This document shows positions 19,810-29,860 of a DNA stretch of 64,000 nucleotides, piece by piece. The notes under the pieces are model-generated. The model was not told where the DNA came from. It did no database searches and saw nothing but the letters and a program-made list of their open reading frames with translations. The number at the start of each line of letters is the position of its first letter. Within the stretch, counting starts at the first letter, position 1. The position numbers were made by a program, and so were the translations under genes. The stretch comes from an uncultured Gemmatimonadaceae bacterium (lineage in GTDB: Bacteria; Gemmatimonadota; Gemmatimonadetes; Gemmatimonadales; Gemmatimonadaceae), in the NCBI GenBank assembly GCA_963817955.1, contig CAWFQK010000001.1, forward strand, positions 1 to 64,000. Reading direction: 5' to 3'.

Positions 19810-21141
19810 ATGCCAATCTCCCTGAACCGTTCCGCGTTTCGCGCCGCTGCACTGTCGCTCGCGGTACCAGCAATGCTCGCCGCACAAGCGGCCTCGTCCC
19901 TCACCGCGACAGAACGATCCATCACTCGCGCTGTCGACGTGCACAACGCCGACGCGCTGGCGCTGCTCGAGCGTGTCGTCAACATCAACAGTGGCACGCT
20001 GAACGTTGGCGGCGTTCGTCAGGTGGGGCAGATCTTCCGCGCACAGCTCGACTCGCTCGGCTTCACCACGGAATGGGTGGACGGCAGCGCGTTCAATCGA
20101 GCCGGACATCTCGTCGCCGAGCATCCCGGGCCGGGACCCAAGATCGTCCTCATCGGGCATCTCGACACGGTATTCGAGCCGAGTAGTCCCTTCCAGCGCT
20201 TCGAGCGCTTGAACGACTCGACGGCCCGCGGCCCGGGTATCATCGACATGAAGGGCGGCGACGTGATCCTGCTGCACGCACTGAAGGCGATCAAGGACGC
20301 GGGCGCGCTCGACCGCCTCAACGTCACCATCGTGTACGACGGAGACGAGGAGGAGCCGGGTGCACCGCTCGAGGCGGCGCGGCGCGCACTCGTCGACGCA
20401 TCGAAAGGGGCCAGTACCGCATTGGGGTTCGAGGACGGAGCGGCAGATCCGCGGACTGCGGTCGTCTCGCGGCGCGGTGCCGGATCGTGGACGCTTCGTA
20501 CCACAGGCACGCCGGCACACTCGTCGCAGATCTTTCAACCGGAAGTTGGCGCCGGCGCCGTGTACGAAGCATCGCGCATCCTGCACGAGTTCTACACGCA
20601 GCTCTCGCGCGAGCCGTATCTCACGTTCAATCCCGGTTTGGCCATCGGAGGCACAGCGGTGACGCTCGATACGACCGGAACAGCGGGCTCGGGGTCCGGC
20701 AAGCGAAACGTCGTTGCGGAGCACATGGAAGTCGCGGGCGATCTGCGCACGCTGTCGCCTGAGCAGTTGGCGAACGCCAAGCGCACCATGCGGCAAATCG
20801 TGTCGCGTCATCTGCCGAAGACGTCAGCCGCGATCACGTTCGATGACGGCTATCCGCCGATGGCGCCAACCGCTGGCAATCGCCGCCTGCTCGCGTCGTA
20901 CGACAAGGCCAGCCGCGATCTCGGATTCGGCGGAGTCGTGGCGGTCGATCCGTCACGGGCCGGCGCGGCCGATGTGTCGTTCGTGGCCGGCTTCGTGCCG
21001 ATGATCATCGACGGCATCGGACTCTCGGGCCACGACGATCACACCGAGAAGGAGACCGCCGACCTCCGCATGCTTCCCCGGCAGACGAAGCGCGCGGCGC
21101 TCCTGATCTACCGACTCTCGCAGGCCGCCGTTCACCCGTAA
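19810..21141 (+). CDS. M20 family metallopeptidase (carboxypeptidase G2-like), exported
   Basis: GHLDTVF, GPGIIDMKGG, DEEE, GFE, DHTEKE. Confidence 0.92.
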   Translation: MPISLNRSAFRAAALSLAVPAMLAAQAASSLTATERSITRAVDVHNADALALLERVVNINSGTLNVGGVRQVGQIFRAQLDSLGFTTEWVDGSAFNRAGHLVAEHPGPGPKIVLIGHLDTVFEPSSPFQRFERLNDSTARGPGIIDMKGGDVILLHALKAIKDAGALDRLNVTIVYDGDEEEPGAPLEAARRALVDASKGASTALGFEDGAADPRTAVVSRRGAGSWTLRTTGTPAHSSQIFQPEVGAGAVYEASRILHEFYTQLSREPYLTFNPGLAIGGTAVTLDTTGTAGSGSGKRNVVAEHMEVAGDLRTLSPEQLANAKRTMRQIVSRHLPKTSAAITFDDGYPPMAPTAGNRRLLASYDKASRDLGFGGVVAVDPSRAGAADVSFVAGFVPMIIDGIGLSGHDDHTEKETADLRMLPRQTKRAALLIYRLSQAAVHP

Positions 21142-21212
21142 CATGGAATGCGGAGTCGGCGAGCGGTGTCCATGTTTCGTGCGCACCAACCTTCAGGCAA
21201 CGCGCTCATTGC

Positions 21213-21800
21213 ATGGCCGATCTGGCGACTGACACTGAGCTGATTGCTCGCGCCCGCACCGGCGACGAGCGCGCATGCCGCGCGCTGGTTGCACGATATG
21301 AGGGTGCGGTCGCGGCGACGGCGGTCGGCATGCTCGGCCAGGGCGATGACGCCGATGACGTGGGTCAGGAAACGTTCATTCGCTTCTTCCGATCGCTGGA
21401 CCGGTTTCGCGGTGAGTCGTCGCTCAAGACGTATCTGGTGCACATTGCCATGAATCTCTCGCTCAATGCGCTCCGATCGCGTCGCCGGTCGATCCATCGC
21501 TTCATCAGCCGCGATGAAACGCCCATGGAACTGCCCGAACCGCGCGTCGGTCCGGACGGGGAACTAGACGCACGCGAACTGCGACAGGCCGTACAGGCTG
21601 CCGTCGCGCACCTCGGCGAGAAACATCGAACCGTCGTCGTGTTGCGACTCTTTCAGGACTACTCGACGAAAGAAACCGCCGAGATACTCGGCATACCAGA
21701 GGGCACCGTCATGTCGCGACTATCGCGGGCGATGAAGGAACTCGAAGTACAGCTCGCGCCGTACGTGCACCAGAGCGGCGCGCTCCCGGAGGCCATTTGA
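21213..21800 (+). CDS. ECF RNA polymerase sigma factor
   Basis: DADDVGQETFIRF, FRGESSLKTYL, ETAEILGIPEGTVMSRLSRA. Confidence 0.93.
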   Translation: MADLATDTELIARARTGDERACRALVARYEGAVAATAVGMLGQGDDADDVGQETFIRFFRSLDRFRGESSLKTYLVHIAMNLSLNALRSRRRSIHRFISRDETPMELPEPRVGPDGELDARELRQAVQAAVAHLGEKHRTVVVLRLFQDYSTKETAEILGIPEGTVMSRLSRAMKELEVQLAPYVHQSGALPEAI

Positions 21801-22135
21801 TGATCCCCCACCGACCGGTACCGCAAGAAGCGCTCGAGGCACTCGTTCGCAGTGCCGCGCCCACCGAGTTCACCGGAGGTTTCGCCGATCGCGTGCTGTC
21901 GCGGATGCGCGATGAACGCACGATTGCCACGACGCTTCAGCGACAGTTCGTGCGCATCGTGCCCATCGCCGCGGCCGCGTCGCTCCTGCTCGCCGCGCAT
22001 AACTGGTGGGGGGGACGTCACGTCACCAACTCCACGATCGAGGCGGCGCTCAATCTGCCGCCAGTCACACTGGCCACAGCGTACACGCCAGTCTCGCTCT
22101 ATGGGACCGTGGTGGTTCCGACGGAGACACCATGA
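21797..22135 (+). CDS. Small single-TM putative anti-sigma factor
   Basis: Overlaps the sigma stop; GFADRVLSR followed by one TM segment. Confidence 0.6.
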   Translation: MMIPHRPVPQEALEALVRSAAPTEFTGGFADRVLSRMRDERTIATTLQRQFVRIVPIAAAASLLLAAHNWWGGRHVTNSTIEAALNLPPVTLATAYTPVSLYGTVVVPTETP

Positions 22136-22581
22136 CGACGAACACCAAGTCCTTGCTGCTCCTGGCCGCGACACTGTTCTCCGGTTTCGCGCTCGGGTTA
22201 TTCACCGACGCAACGCTCGTCCGCGACCGACGCGAACGCATCAGCCAACTGCGGCGACCGCCGGGGTTCGTGGCCCACATGGAGCAGATCATCCAGCCAC
22301 ACAGCGACGCACAGCGTGATTCCATCCGTCCGTTGATCGAGAAGGTGGCAAACCAGAATGCCGCCGTGATTCGCGAGACGAACGCCCGGCTCCATGCCGC
22401 CGTCGATTCCCTGCGCATGGCACTCGCACCGATGCTGGATTCCGATCAGCGCGAACGCCTGGCGCGCGATTGGGACCGAATGCCCGGTCCCTTCCGGCCC
22501 GGCGGGCGGGGCGGTCGAGGGGGTCGAGGCGGGCGGGGCGGCCCGCCTGAAGAACTTGACGGAGGACGGCCACCGCTCTGA
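22132..22581 (+). CDS. Membrane-anchored helical protein (Spy/CpxP/ZraP-like) with an RGG tail
   Basis: N-terminal TM; SDAQR and LDSDQR (LTxxQ-like) motifs; GGRGGRGGRGGRGG. Confidence 0.6.
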   Translation: MTTNTKSLLLLAATLFSGFALGLFTDATLVRDRRERISQLRRPPGFVAHMEQIIQPHSDAQRDSIRPLIEKVANQNAAVIRETNARLHAAVDSLRMALAPMLDSDQRERLARDWDRMPGPFRPGGRGGRGGRGGRGGPPEELDGGRPPL

Positions 22582-22712
22582 ACACGGGCGTGCCTAGCGG
22601 ACGACCGCGCAGGACCCCAGAATCAGGGGGCAATGCAACGTCATCACGCTCCCGAGCGTTGCATTATGGCGACCGTTGCCGCTCTCTGCCTCGACCCCCT
22701 CAGAGGTTCTTC

Positions 22713-25058
22713 ATGTCTCGCGCTTCCCTTCGTTTCTCCGCCATCGCGATGGCGGCTTTCGCGCTCCCTATCGGCGCTCAACTTCGGCCGGCGAATCCCC
22801 CCCGGATGCCTTCGCCGACCACGCATACCACCGCCTACACGATCGATCAGTTTCTGTCGCCTGCGTCGCCGCTCGAGGTCAGCGCTGCGCGGAAGACGGA
22901 CAAGATCGCCTGGGTGTCGTACGAGCGAGGCATGCGGAACGTCTTCGTCGCCGCGGCGCCCGCGTTCAAGCCCGTTCGCCTGACGAAGTTCATGGACGAC
23001 GACGGCGTGGACGTCAGCTCGGTGCGCCTCTCGGACGACGGTTCGATCGCCGTGTTCATTCGCGGATCCGGACAGAATCGCGCCGGATGGGTCGCGAACC
23101 CGTCGCACGATCCGGCAGGGGGCGAACGTGCCATCTGGGCCGCGCGCACCGACGGAAGTAGCGCATGGCGGCTTGCCGTTCTCACTGGCACCGAACTTCC
23201 CGGCTTCGGCCGTGGCGGCGGTCCCGAGCTGTCCCCCGACGGCAAGTACGTCGCGTTCGTCAAGGACGGCCAGATCTATCGTGTGCGCACGACGCGCGGC
23301 GCCACCGCGGCCATGGATACGGGCAGCGTGCCGTTCATCAAGGAGTGGGGACGCCAGAGTAACCCTCAATGGGCGCCGGACGGCTCCAAGCTCGCCTTCG
23401 TCACCACACGCGACAATCACGCGTTCATCGGCGTGTATGACGCAAAGTCGCGCACGGTCAGGTATCTCTCGCCAAGTGTGGACTTCGACGGGAGCCCGAC
23501 ATGGTCGCCCGACGGAAAGCGAATCGCCTTCGTCCGGCGTCCCGGCACGCCGTTCGGCATGCAGGCACAGCAGGGCCAAGGTGGCATTGGCAATCCGGCT
23601 GGCCCGGCCGCAGGGCGTGGCGCTCCGGGTGGTGGTGGTGGACGGGGCGGGCGCGGTGGCCAGAATGATACGACGTCGCAGCGCCCAGACGGTCTCCGTC
23701 GCGCTGCGTTCGTCGGCGGCTACACACTGTCGTTCATGGTGGCGGACGTCGCCACCGGCAAGGCGCAGGAGGTCTGGCACAATCAACCGGCCGACCGCGT
23801 CTTCAGCAACATCAACGCGATCACGTGGGCCGGCGATCACCTGGTCTTCTCCGCGACGCCGCCGAACGACGAGTGGGACCGCTACTACTCGGTGAGCGTG
23901 TCCGGTGGGCAGCAGCAGCCAGTGCTGCTCACGACGACGGACGGGCTGATCAATGACAGCGTGGCAGACCGCACGTTCGTGACGACCGCCGTGTCGCCCG
24001 ATGGCAAGACGTTCTACTACTGCACCAACGCGAAGGACATCGAGAAGCGGCACATCTGGGCGGTACCGACGGCCGGCGGCACGCCGACGCAGATCTCGAC
24101 GGACGACGGGGTGGAGGTGTCGCCGACGCCGCTCGCATCGGGCAAGCAACTCGCGGTGCTCTACTTCAACGCGACGCAGCCGGCGTCGATCGGCCTCGTG
24201 CCGGCGAACGGCGGTCAGACAAAGATCGTCTTTCCAACGCTGACGAAGGATTTCCCGCAGGCGGCGCACGTGACGCCCGAGATCGTGATCACCCACGCCG
24301 CCGACGGCCTGGAGATTCACAACCAACTCTTCCTGCCGAAGGATCTCAAGCCCGGCGAGAAGCGTCCGGCCATCGTGTTCGTGCACGGCGGACCACAGCG
24401 CCAGATGCTGCCGGCGTATCACTACATGCAGTTCTACCACTGGGCGTACGCGTACAATCAGTGGCTGCAGTCGCAGGGCTACGTGGTGCTGTCGATCAAC
24501 TACCGCAGCGGCATCGGCTACGGCAACAAATTCCGCCGGGCGCCGAATACCGAGGGGCGTGGCAACTCGGAGTATCAGGACGTCGTTGCCGGCGCGAAGT
24601 ATCTGCAGTCGCGCGCCGACGTCGACACGACACGCATCGGCATCTGGGGATTGTCGTACGGCGGCCTGCTCACGTCGCAGGCGCTGGCGCGCAATTCCGA
24701 CATCTTCGTGGCCGGTGTGGACCTCGCAGGCGTACACCTGTACGGCAATTCGGTCGATTCGACGAACCTCGCATATCGGTCCTCGGCCGCGGCACACGTC
24801 GACACGTGGAAATCGCCGGTCTTCCTCGAGCAGGGCGACGACGATCGCAACGTGGACTTCTCACAGATGATCGGATTGGTCGATCTCCTCCGGACACACG
24901 GCGTGTACTTCGACCTGACCGTCATCCCCGATGACGTGCACGAATCGCTGCTGCACAGCCGGTGGATCGACATCTTCAGCCGGAGCAGCGACTTCCTGCA
25001 TCGCTTCGTCTGGGACAAGCAGGCGCCGCCCGTGATGACCACGACCGGAGCGAAATGA
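22713..25058 (+). CDS. S9 family peptidase with TolB/PD40 propeller
   Basis: SPDGK/WSPDGK repeats, VHGGP, GLSYGG nucleophile, DDRNV, DDVH. Confidence 0.93.
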   Translation: MSRASLRFSAIAMAAFALPIGAQLRPANPPRMPSPTTHTTAYTIDQFLSPASPLEVSAARKTDKIAWVSYERGMRNVFVAAAPAFKPVRLTKFMDDDGVDVSSVRLSDDGSIAVFIRGSGQNRAGWVANPSHDPAGGERAIWAARTDGSSAWRLAVLTGTELPGFGRGGGPELSPDGKYVAFVKDGQIYRVRTTRGATAAMDTGSVPFIKEWGRQSNPQWAPDGSKLAFVTTRDNHAFIGVYDAKSRTVRYLSPSVDFDGSPTWSPDGKRIAFVRRPGTPFGMQAQQGQGGIGNPAGPAAGRGAPGGGGGRGGRGGQNDTTSQRPDGLRRAAFVGGYTLSFMVADVATGKAQEVWHNQPADRVFSNINAITWAGDHLVFSATPPNDEWDRYYSVSVSGGQQQPVLLTTTDGLINDSVADRTFVTTAVSPDGKTFYYCTNAKDIEKRHIWAVPTAGGTPTQISTDDGVEVSPTPLASGKQLAVLYFNATQPASIGLVPANGGQTKIVFPTLTKDFPQAAHVTPEIVITHAADGLEIHNQLFLPKDLKPGEKRPAIVFVHGGPQRQMLPAYHYMQFYHWAYAYNQWLQSQGYVVLSINYRSGIGYGNKFRRAPNTEGRGNSEYQDVVAGAKYLQSRADVDTTRIGIWGLSYGGLLTSQALARNSDIFVAGVDLAGVHLYGNSVDSTNLAYRSSAAAHVDTWKSPVFLEQGDDDRNVDFSQMIGLVDLLRTHGVYFDLTVIPDDVHESLLHSRWIDIFSRSSDFLHRFVWDKQAPPVMTTTGAK

Positions 25059-25540
25059 GCTGGTTCCTCCAGGGGGCGATGGTCCTCGTCACGAGCGTCC
25101 TGGTATTACAGAACACCAAACAGGCGCTCCTGCCGGCCCGTCAAACCCCGGTGTTGTGGGGCGCGGAGCTCGCCGTGATCGTCGGCGTCCTCATCCTGCG
25201 GTCGGGGTGGGGGCGCGACGCCCACTGGCGCACGGCACAAGCAGAGCTCGGTACCCTGGCGAACGACTACTACGAGCCACGCCGCGACGCGCTCACCAAC
25301 GGGTGGGCGATCGGCGTCGGCGTGTTCTGCAGCCTCTGGTGGGCGGTGGCGACATGGGGCGTTGTGTTGACGGGAATGCGACGTGGCGTCGAATCGAGAG
25401 GGCTCCTCGACTTCGAGGTCGCCGCGCTCGTCGGGGCGTTGACGGGCGGCGTGATCGGCGCAGTCATTGGACTCGCCGTTGGCGAGGTGTGGGAGCGGCG
25501 GCATAGGCGTCACCGCCAATCGACCGCCAGCCATGCCTGA
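25055..25540 (+). CDS. Hypothetical 4-TM membrane protein
   Basis: Hydrophobic segments; ATGA overlap with the S9 gene. Confidence 0.65.
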   Translation: MSWFLQGAMVLVTSVLVLQNTKQALLPARQTPVLWGAELAVIVGVLILRSGWGRDAHWRTAQAELGTLANDYYEPRRDALTNGWAIGVGVFCSLWWAVATWGVVLTGMRRGVESRGLLDFEVAALVGALTGGVIGAVIGLAVGEVWERRHRRHRQSTASHA

Positions 25541-26012
25541 TCCCGGCAGCCGGCGCGCCACCAGCTCGGGACTGCTGTTGTTCCGGCGGGCGCGCGGAAC
25601 CCTTGAAGTCTTTCTCGCGCATCCTGGCGGTCCGTTCTGGGCCGGTCGTGACGCAGGCGCGTGGACAATTCCCAAAGGGGCGGTCGAGGAGGGCGAGGAC
25701 CTTCTCGAAGGCGCACGACGCGAGTTCGCGGAAGAGACCGGAATCGTCGCACCGGGACCGTTCATCGCACTCGGCTCGATCAAACAGAAGAGCGGCAAGA
25801 CCGTGCACGCGTGGGCCTGGGAGGGCGACGCCGATCCCGATCGCACGACGGCCAACACCGCGCGCGTCGAAGTTCCGCGGGGATCCGGACACTGGCTGAC
25901 GTACCCGGAAATCGATCGCTGCGAGTGGTTCGACGTGTCGACCGCGCGCGAGAAGATCAACCCGGCTCAGGCAGAATTGATCGATCGCCTCGTGGCCATC
26001 CTCGAGCGGTAG
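25533..26012 (+). CDS. NUDIX hydrolase
   Basis: AHPGGPFW and the Nudix box WTIPKGAVEEGEDLLEGARREFAEETG. Confidence 0.93.
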   Translation: MPDPGSRRATSSGLLLFRRARGTLEVFLAHPGGPFWAGRDAGAWTIPKGAVEEGEDLLEGARREFAEETGIVAPGPFIALGSIKQKSGKTVHAWAWEGDADPDRTTANTARVEVPRGSGHWLTYPEIDRCEWFDVSTAREKINPAQAELIDRLVAILER

Positions 26013-26033
26013 CGAGAGATCAGCGCGTTCCCG

Positions 26034-26738
26034 CTACGGCTTCTTCTTGTTCGACGCAACCGACGTAGTGTCGGTAATGAGAAAGGTGAACTGCTGCTCC
26101 ACGAGCTGCCGCACCTTGAGTGGGCCGATCTTCGCCGGCCGAAATCGCATGTTCGGCAGGGCCTGGCGCACCGCCACCACGAAATCCGGATTGGTCGCCT
26201 GCATCACGGTGAACGAGCTCGAGTCGGCAAATCCAGTGGTGTCGACCACGTACTGCGCGTTGACGAAGCCGGTGATGTGCGCATTGAGCAACTTGAGCGG
26301 ATACGTCGGCGCGGCACTGATGCTCGATCGCACCACTGCCGTATCCACTTCGAGCACCGAAAAAACGGAGTCGGGCTTCACTGGAATGGCCGGCAGCCGT
26401 TCGCTGCTCACCGTATCCGCGTTGGCACGACCGACGGTCTGGTCGAGGGTCGTCGCCCGGGCGTTCCCCATGAGTCTCGGACCGTCGCCGCTGCCGGGGC
26501 CCTGCAATGCGAGATCGACATAGCGCACCGATTCACGCGTCGGGCGCTGCCCCGGCACCCGGTCAGGCGGTGGAATGAAGTACGGCCGATTCTCAATGCC
26601 CTTCACCGCGAGATTCGCGGGCGGCAGGGTGCCGTAGACGCACGCGGCGATGACCACCAGATGCGCGGCCACGCTGAGCATCGCACTCGTGATGACCGGC
26701 GTCGATTTCGTGTGCGACTCCACCCACAATCGCATCAT
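26034..26738 (-). CDS. Energy transducer TonB-like protein
   Basis: N-terminal TM with SxxxH; YP..L...ITGFVNAQYVVDTTG...RFRPA..VRQLVEQQFTF. Confidence 0.85.
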   Translation of the reverse strand: MMRLWVESHTKSTPVITSAMLSVAAHLVVIAACVYGTLPPANLAVKGIENRPYFIPPPDRVPGQRPTRESVRYVDLALQGPGSGDGPRLMGNARATTLDQTVGRANADTVSSERLPAIPVKPDSVFSVLEVDTAVVRSSISAAPTYPLKLLNAHITGFVNAQYVVDTTGFADSSSFTVMQATNPDFVVAVRQALPNMRFRPAKIGPLKVRQLVEQQFTFLITDTTSVASNKKKP

Positions 26739-26780
26739 AAGCCCCCCAACCGCCGTACGGAGACGCGCGGCGCGCTTTCG

Positions 26781-27311
26781 TTACACGACGAAATACCGCT
26801 CCTGGAACAACGCGGCGTGATGTCGTTCGTGTCCGGCGATGATATAGAACAACGCGCGCACCGTGACAAAGTTTCCGCTCACCCTGCCGCGATGTGCCAG
26901 CGCCTCCTCGTCAAGGTGCTCGGCGAGAAGCACGGTCGAGGCACGCACCACCTGCAACTCCTCGAGAAGATCCGCCAGCGTGCGGCGCCCAAAGTTCGCG
27001 TTCGCGACGTAGGCGTTCTCGTCGACGCTCGCCAGCTCGGTGGGATCGTTCCGCGCAATGCGCAACGCGCGGTAGCTGAACACGCGCTCAATATCGATGA
27101 TGTGGCCGACGACTTCCTTGATCGTCCATTTGCCCGGCGCATAGGCGTAATTCGCACGCTCCGGCGACAGGTCCTGCAAGAGCGTCACGGTGCTCGTGAC
27201 CTGTTCGCGAAGCACGGCGACGAGATCGCCGTCCGGTACACGCGCGATGTATGAACGGTAGTGCGGCGCGTATTCATCAACCTGCGGCCGAACGATTGCT
27301 GTGGCTGTCAT
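26781..27311 (-). CDS. DinB family protein
   Basis: YAPGKWTIKEVVGHIIDIE and IAGHERHH. Confidence 0.9.
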   Translation of the reverse strand: MTATAIVRPQVDEYAPHYRSYIARVPDGDLVAVLREQVTSTVTLLQDLSPERANYAYAPGKWTIKEVVGHIIDIERVFSYRALRIARNDPTELASVDENAYVANANFGRRTLADLLEELQVVRASTVLLAEHLDEEALAHRGRVSGNFVTVRALFYIIAGHERHHAALFQERYFVV

Positions 27312-27329
27312 GGAATGGCGGGTGAAGGT

Positions 27330-27540
27330 GGTGCCGCGATCTGGCCCGTTCTGGGGTCCACTGAAGGAATCAGCCCCGGCGGGTGCTTCGTCAACCGTCA
27401 TCGCATTCATTTCGCAGTCGGAATGTGACCCCTGCGGCAATCGCCCTGGCGTTGCTCCAACGTGAGCACCCGTACGGAGACCGCCCGAACGCTCTCTAGC
27501 GTGGATCCGCCGCCGGGATAGGTTCTGAGGCAGCATAGGT
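27330..27540. ncRNA. Candidate structured RNA, family unknown
   Basis: Nested complementary segments CCCGGCGG/CCGCCGGG and CGGGTGCT/AGCACCCG plus several short hairpins in a 256-nt divergent spacer. Confidence 0.3.
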
Positions 27541-27567
27541 CCACGTCGCTCATCCCCTGGGGTTGTC

Positions 27568-29277
27568 ATGCACCATCACCGCACCCTCGCGATCGCCAGC
27601 TCGATTGCCCTTCTCGCCCCGCCGCTTGCCGCACAGCAGTCGGACGCACCGGTCAGCTCGCGCCATGGCATGGTCATCTCGACATCGGCGCCAGCGTCGG
27701 ACGTCGGCGCCGCAATCCTGCGCAAAGGCGGAAACGCCGTGGACGCCGCAGTCGCGACGGCATTCGCGTTGGCGGTGACCCACCCGAGCGCCGGTAACAT
27801 TGGCGGCGGCGGCTTCATGGTCGTTCGTCCAGCGAACGGCGCGGCGGTCACGATCGATTACCGAGAGCGCGCGCCGCTGAAGTCGACCCAGACCATGTAT
27901 CTGGACTCGGCGGGAAAGATCGCGCGGCAGCGAACGGCAACGGGCTACCTCGCGCCCGGCGTACCAGGAACCGTCCGCGGTCTCGCCACAGCGCACAAAC
28001 GCTACGGCAAGCTCTCGTGGAAGGACGACGTCATGCCTGCGGTGGAGCTGGCGGAGAAAGGGTTCGTGCTGTCGGACGCGCTCGCACGCTCGCTCAATCG
28101 CGAGGTATCGGGGGCCATGGCCCGGTATCCGGCATCGGTGGCAGCGTATGGCAATCCCCGCGGCGGAGACTGGCATGGCGGTGATACCATCGTGCTTCGT
28201 GATCTGGGACGTACACTACGGGAAATCGCGACGAAGGGACCGAGCGCGTTCTACACCGGGTGGATTGCCGACAGCATTGCGTCGACGATGGAAAAGAACG
28301 GCGGATTGATCAGCAAGCGTGACTTGGCAGCGTACCAGGCGAAGGTTCGCGCACCGATTCGCGGCAACTACCATGGCTTCACACTGATCACCATGCCGCC
28401 GCCGAGCAGCGGCGGGGTCGCCATGATCGAGATGCTCAATATCCTCGAGCGCTTCGACCTGCCGAAACTCGGCGCCATGTCGCCACAGGCGCTGCACTAC
28501 GAGATCGAAGCCATGCGTCGCGGCTACCTCGACCGTGCACGCTACTTGGGCGACCCCGATTTCGTGAAGATGCCGCTCGAGAAGCTGACGTCAAAGGCCT
28601 ACGCGAAGACGCTCGCCGCGTCGATCGACCCGAACCACGCGTCGAGCAGCGTCGAACTGGGAAAGGACATCGTATCGCAGGTCGCCGCAACCGAACACGA
28701 TGAGACGACCCAATTCTCCATCGTCGACAAATACGGCAACGCGGTGTCGAACACGTACACACTGGAAGGTGGGTTCGGGTCGCACGTCGTCGTGCCGGGC
28801 GCCGGATTCATTCTCAACAACGAGATGGGCGACTTCAACAAGAAACCTGGCGAGACCAACACTCAGGGTGACATCGGTACAGCGGCCAACCTGATCGCGC
28901 CGGGCAAGCGCATGCTCAGCTCGATGAGCCCCACGATCATCACGAAGAACGGCAAGCTGTTCATGGTGACCGGATCACCAGGCGGTCGCACGATCATCAA
29001 TACCGTCATGGAGATCGTGCTCAACGCGCTCGACTTCAACATGGACGTGCGGCAAGCCGTGGACGCCCCACGATTCCACCATCAGTGGCTGCCCGACGAA
29101 GTCACCTTCGAGCGCAACGTGCTTCCCGATTCGACGGCGAAGCGCCTGCAGGCCATGGGCTACACCATCCGGTCTGCCGGCGTGCAGGGCGACGGCCACT
29201 CGATCATTCTGAAGGACGGAGTGGCGTTCGGAGCCAATGATCGGAGAAGTCCCGATTCAAAGGTGAGCGTGCCGTAG
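27568..29277 (+). CDS. ggt: Gamma-glutamyltransferase
   Basis: GGNAVDAAVA, ETTQFSIVD (Thr nucleophile), LNNEMGDF, RMLSSMSPT, GSPGG. Confidence 0.95.
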   Translation: MHHHRTLAIASSIALLAPPLAAQQSDAPVSSRHGMVISTSAPASDVGAAILRKGGNAVDAAVATAFALAVTHPSAGNIGGGGFMVVRPANGAAVTIDYRERAPLKSTQTMYLDSAGKIARQRTATGYLAPGVPGTVRGLATAHKRYGKLSWKDDVMPAVELAEKGFVLSDALARSLNREVSGAMARYPASVAAYGNPRGGDWHGGDTIVLRDLGRTLREIATKGPSAFYTGWIADSIASTMEKNGGLISKRDLAAYQAKVRAPIRGNYHGFTLITMPPPSSGGVAMIEMLNILERFDLPKLGAMSPQALHYEIEAMRRGYLDRARYLGDPDFVKMPLEKLTSKAYAKTLAASIDPNHASSSVELGKDIVSQVAATEHDETTQFSIVDKYGNAVSNTYTLEGGFGSHVVVPGAGFILNNEMGDFNKKPGETNTQGDIGTAANLIAPGKRMLSSMSPTIITKNGKLFMVTGSPGGRTIINTVMEIVLNALDFNMDVRQAVDAPRFHHQWLPDEVTFERNVLPDSTAKRLQAMGYTIRSAGVQGDGHSIILKDGVAFGANDRRSPDSKVSVP

Positions 29278-29285
29278 GCACCGAC

Positions 29286-29684
29286 TTACTTCTTCTCTTC
29301 CAACCTCAACGACGCCGAGTTCACGCAGTACCTCAGGCCCGTTGGCTCTGGCCCGTCCTCGAAGAGGTGCCCGAGGTGGCAGCCGCACTTGGCACAGTGA
29401 ATCTCTGTACGACGCATGAAGTGCGTGTCGTCGTTCTCGGCCTCGATGGCATTGGGATCGAGCGGCGCGAAGAAGCTCGGCCATCCGCTGCCGGATTCGA
29501 ACTTCGTGGCGGAGTCAAAGAGCGGCTCGCCGCAGCAGACACACCTGTAGACACCCGTGGCGTGGCTGTCCCAGTATTGTCCAGTGAATGCACGCTCGGT
29601 ACCCTTTTTCCGCGTGATTCTGAACTGATCCGGCGTGAGCTCCTTGGCCCATTCAGCTTCGGACTTGTCGATCCGGTCGCCCAT
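29286..29684 (-). CDS. msrB: Peptide-methionine (R)-S-oxide reductase
   Basis: GTERAFTG, SGSGWPSF, HLGHLFEDGP, RYCVNS and two CxxC. Confidence 0.97.
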   Translation of the reverse strand: MGDRIDKSEAEWAKELTPDQFRITRKKGTERAFTGQYWDSHATGVYRCVCCGEPLFDSATKFESGSGWPSFFAPLDPNAIEAENDDTHFMRRTEIHCAKCGCHLGHLFEDGPEPTGLRYCVNSASLRLEEKK

Positions 29685-29860
29685 CAGAACTCGCGTTTCT
29701 TCATCTGCTCAAAGAGTTCCTGCGCTTCATCATCCTTCTCCGTGCGCGGCCGCCGCGTCACGTCGAGGGTCGCATCGTAGGTCCGGCGTTGCAGCGACTT
29801 GGGCCTGCTGGCCTTTTCCACGGTCTTCTTCACTAGTTTCGCGAGTTGCTTTTCGTCCAT
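29684..29860 (-). CDS. Small charged hypothetical protein (58 aa)
   Basis: MDEKQLAKLVKK...; stop overlaps the msrB ATG; GAGGG upstream. Confidence 0.55.
   Translation of the reverse strand: MDEKQLAKLVKKTVEKASRPKSLQRRTYDATLDVTRRPRTEKDDEAQELFEQMKKREF

Noticed and set aside
22644..24797. Long antisense ORFs (717 aa here; also 37227-38846, 42496-44070, 16436-17884)
   Set aside because: Shadow frames of well-supported genes, expected at high GC; no family motifs
27368..27378. Minus-strand GGGGCTGATTC, like the tmRNA 5' end
   Set aside because: No room for a tag frame and no T-arm/acceptor 3' end; the dinB-family start follows within about 60 nt
27350..27378. GAAGGAATCAGC, like SRP helix 8
   Set aside because: The conserved CAGG-CC-GGAA-GG-AGCAG geometry is not met
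29286..29684. msrB as a second selenoprotein
   Set aside because: The catalytic position is TGC (RYCVNS); there is no in-frame TGA
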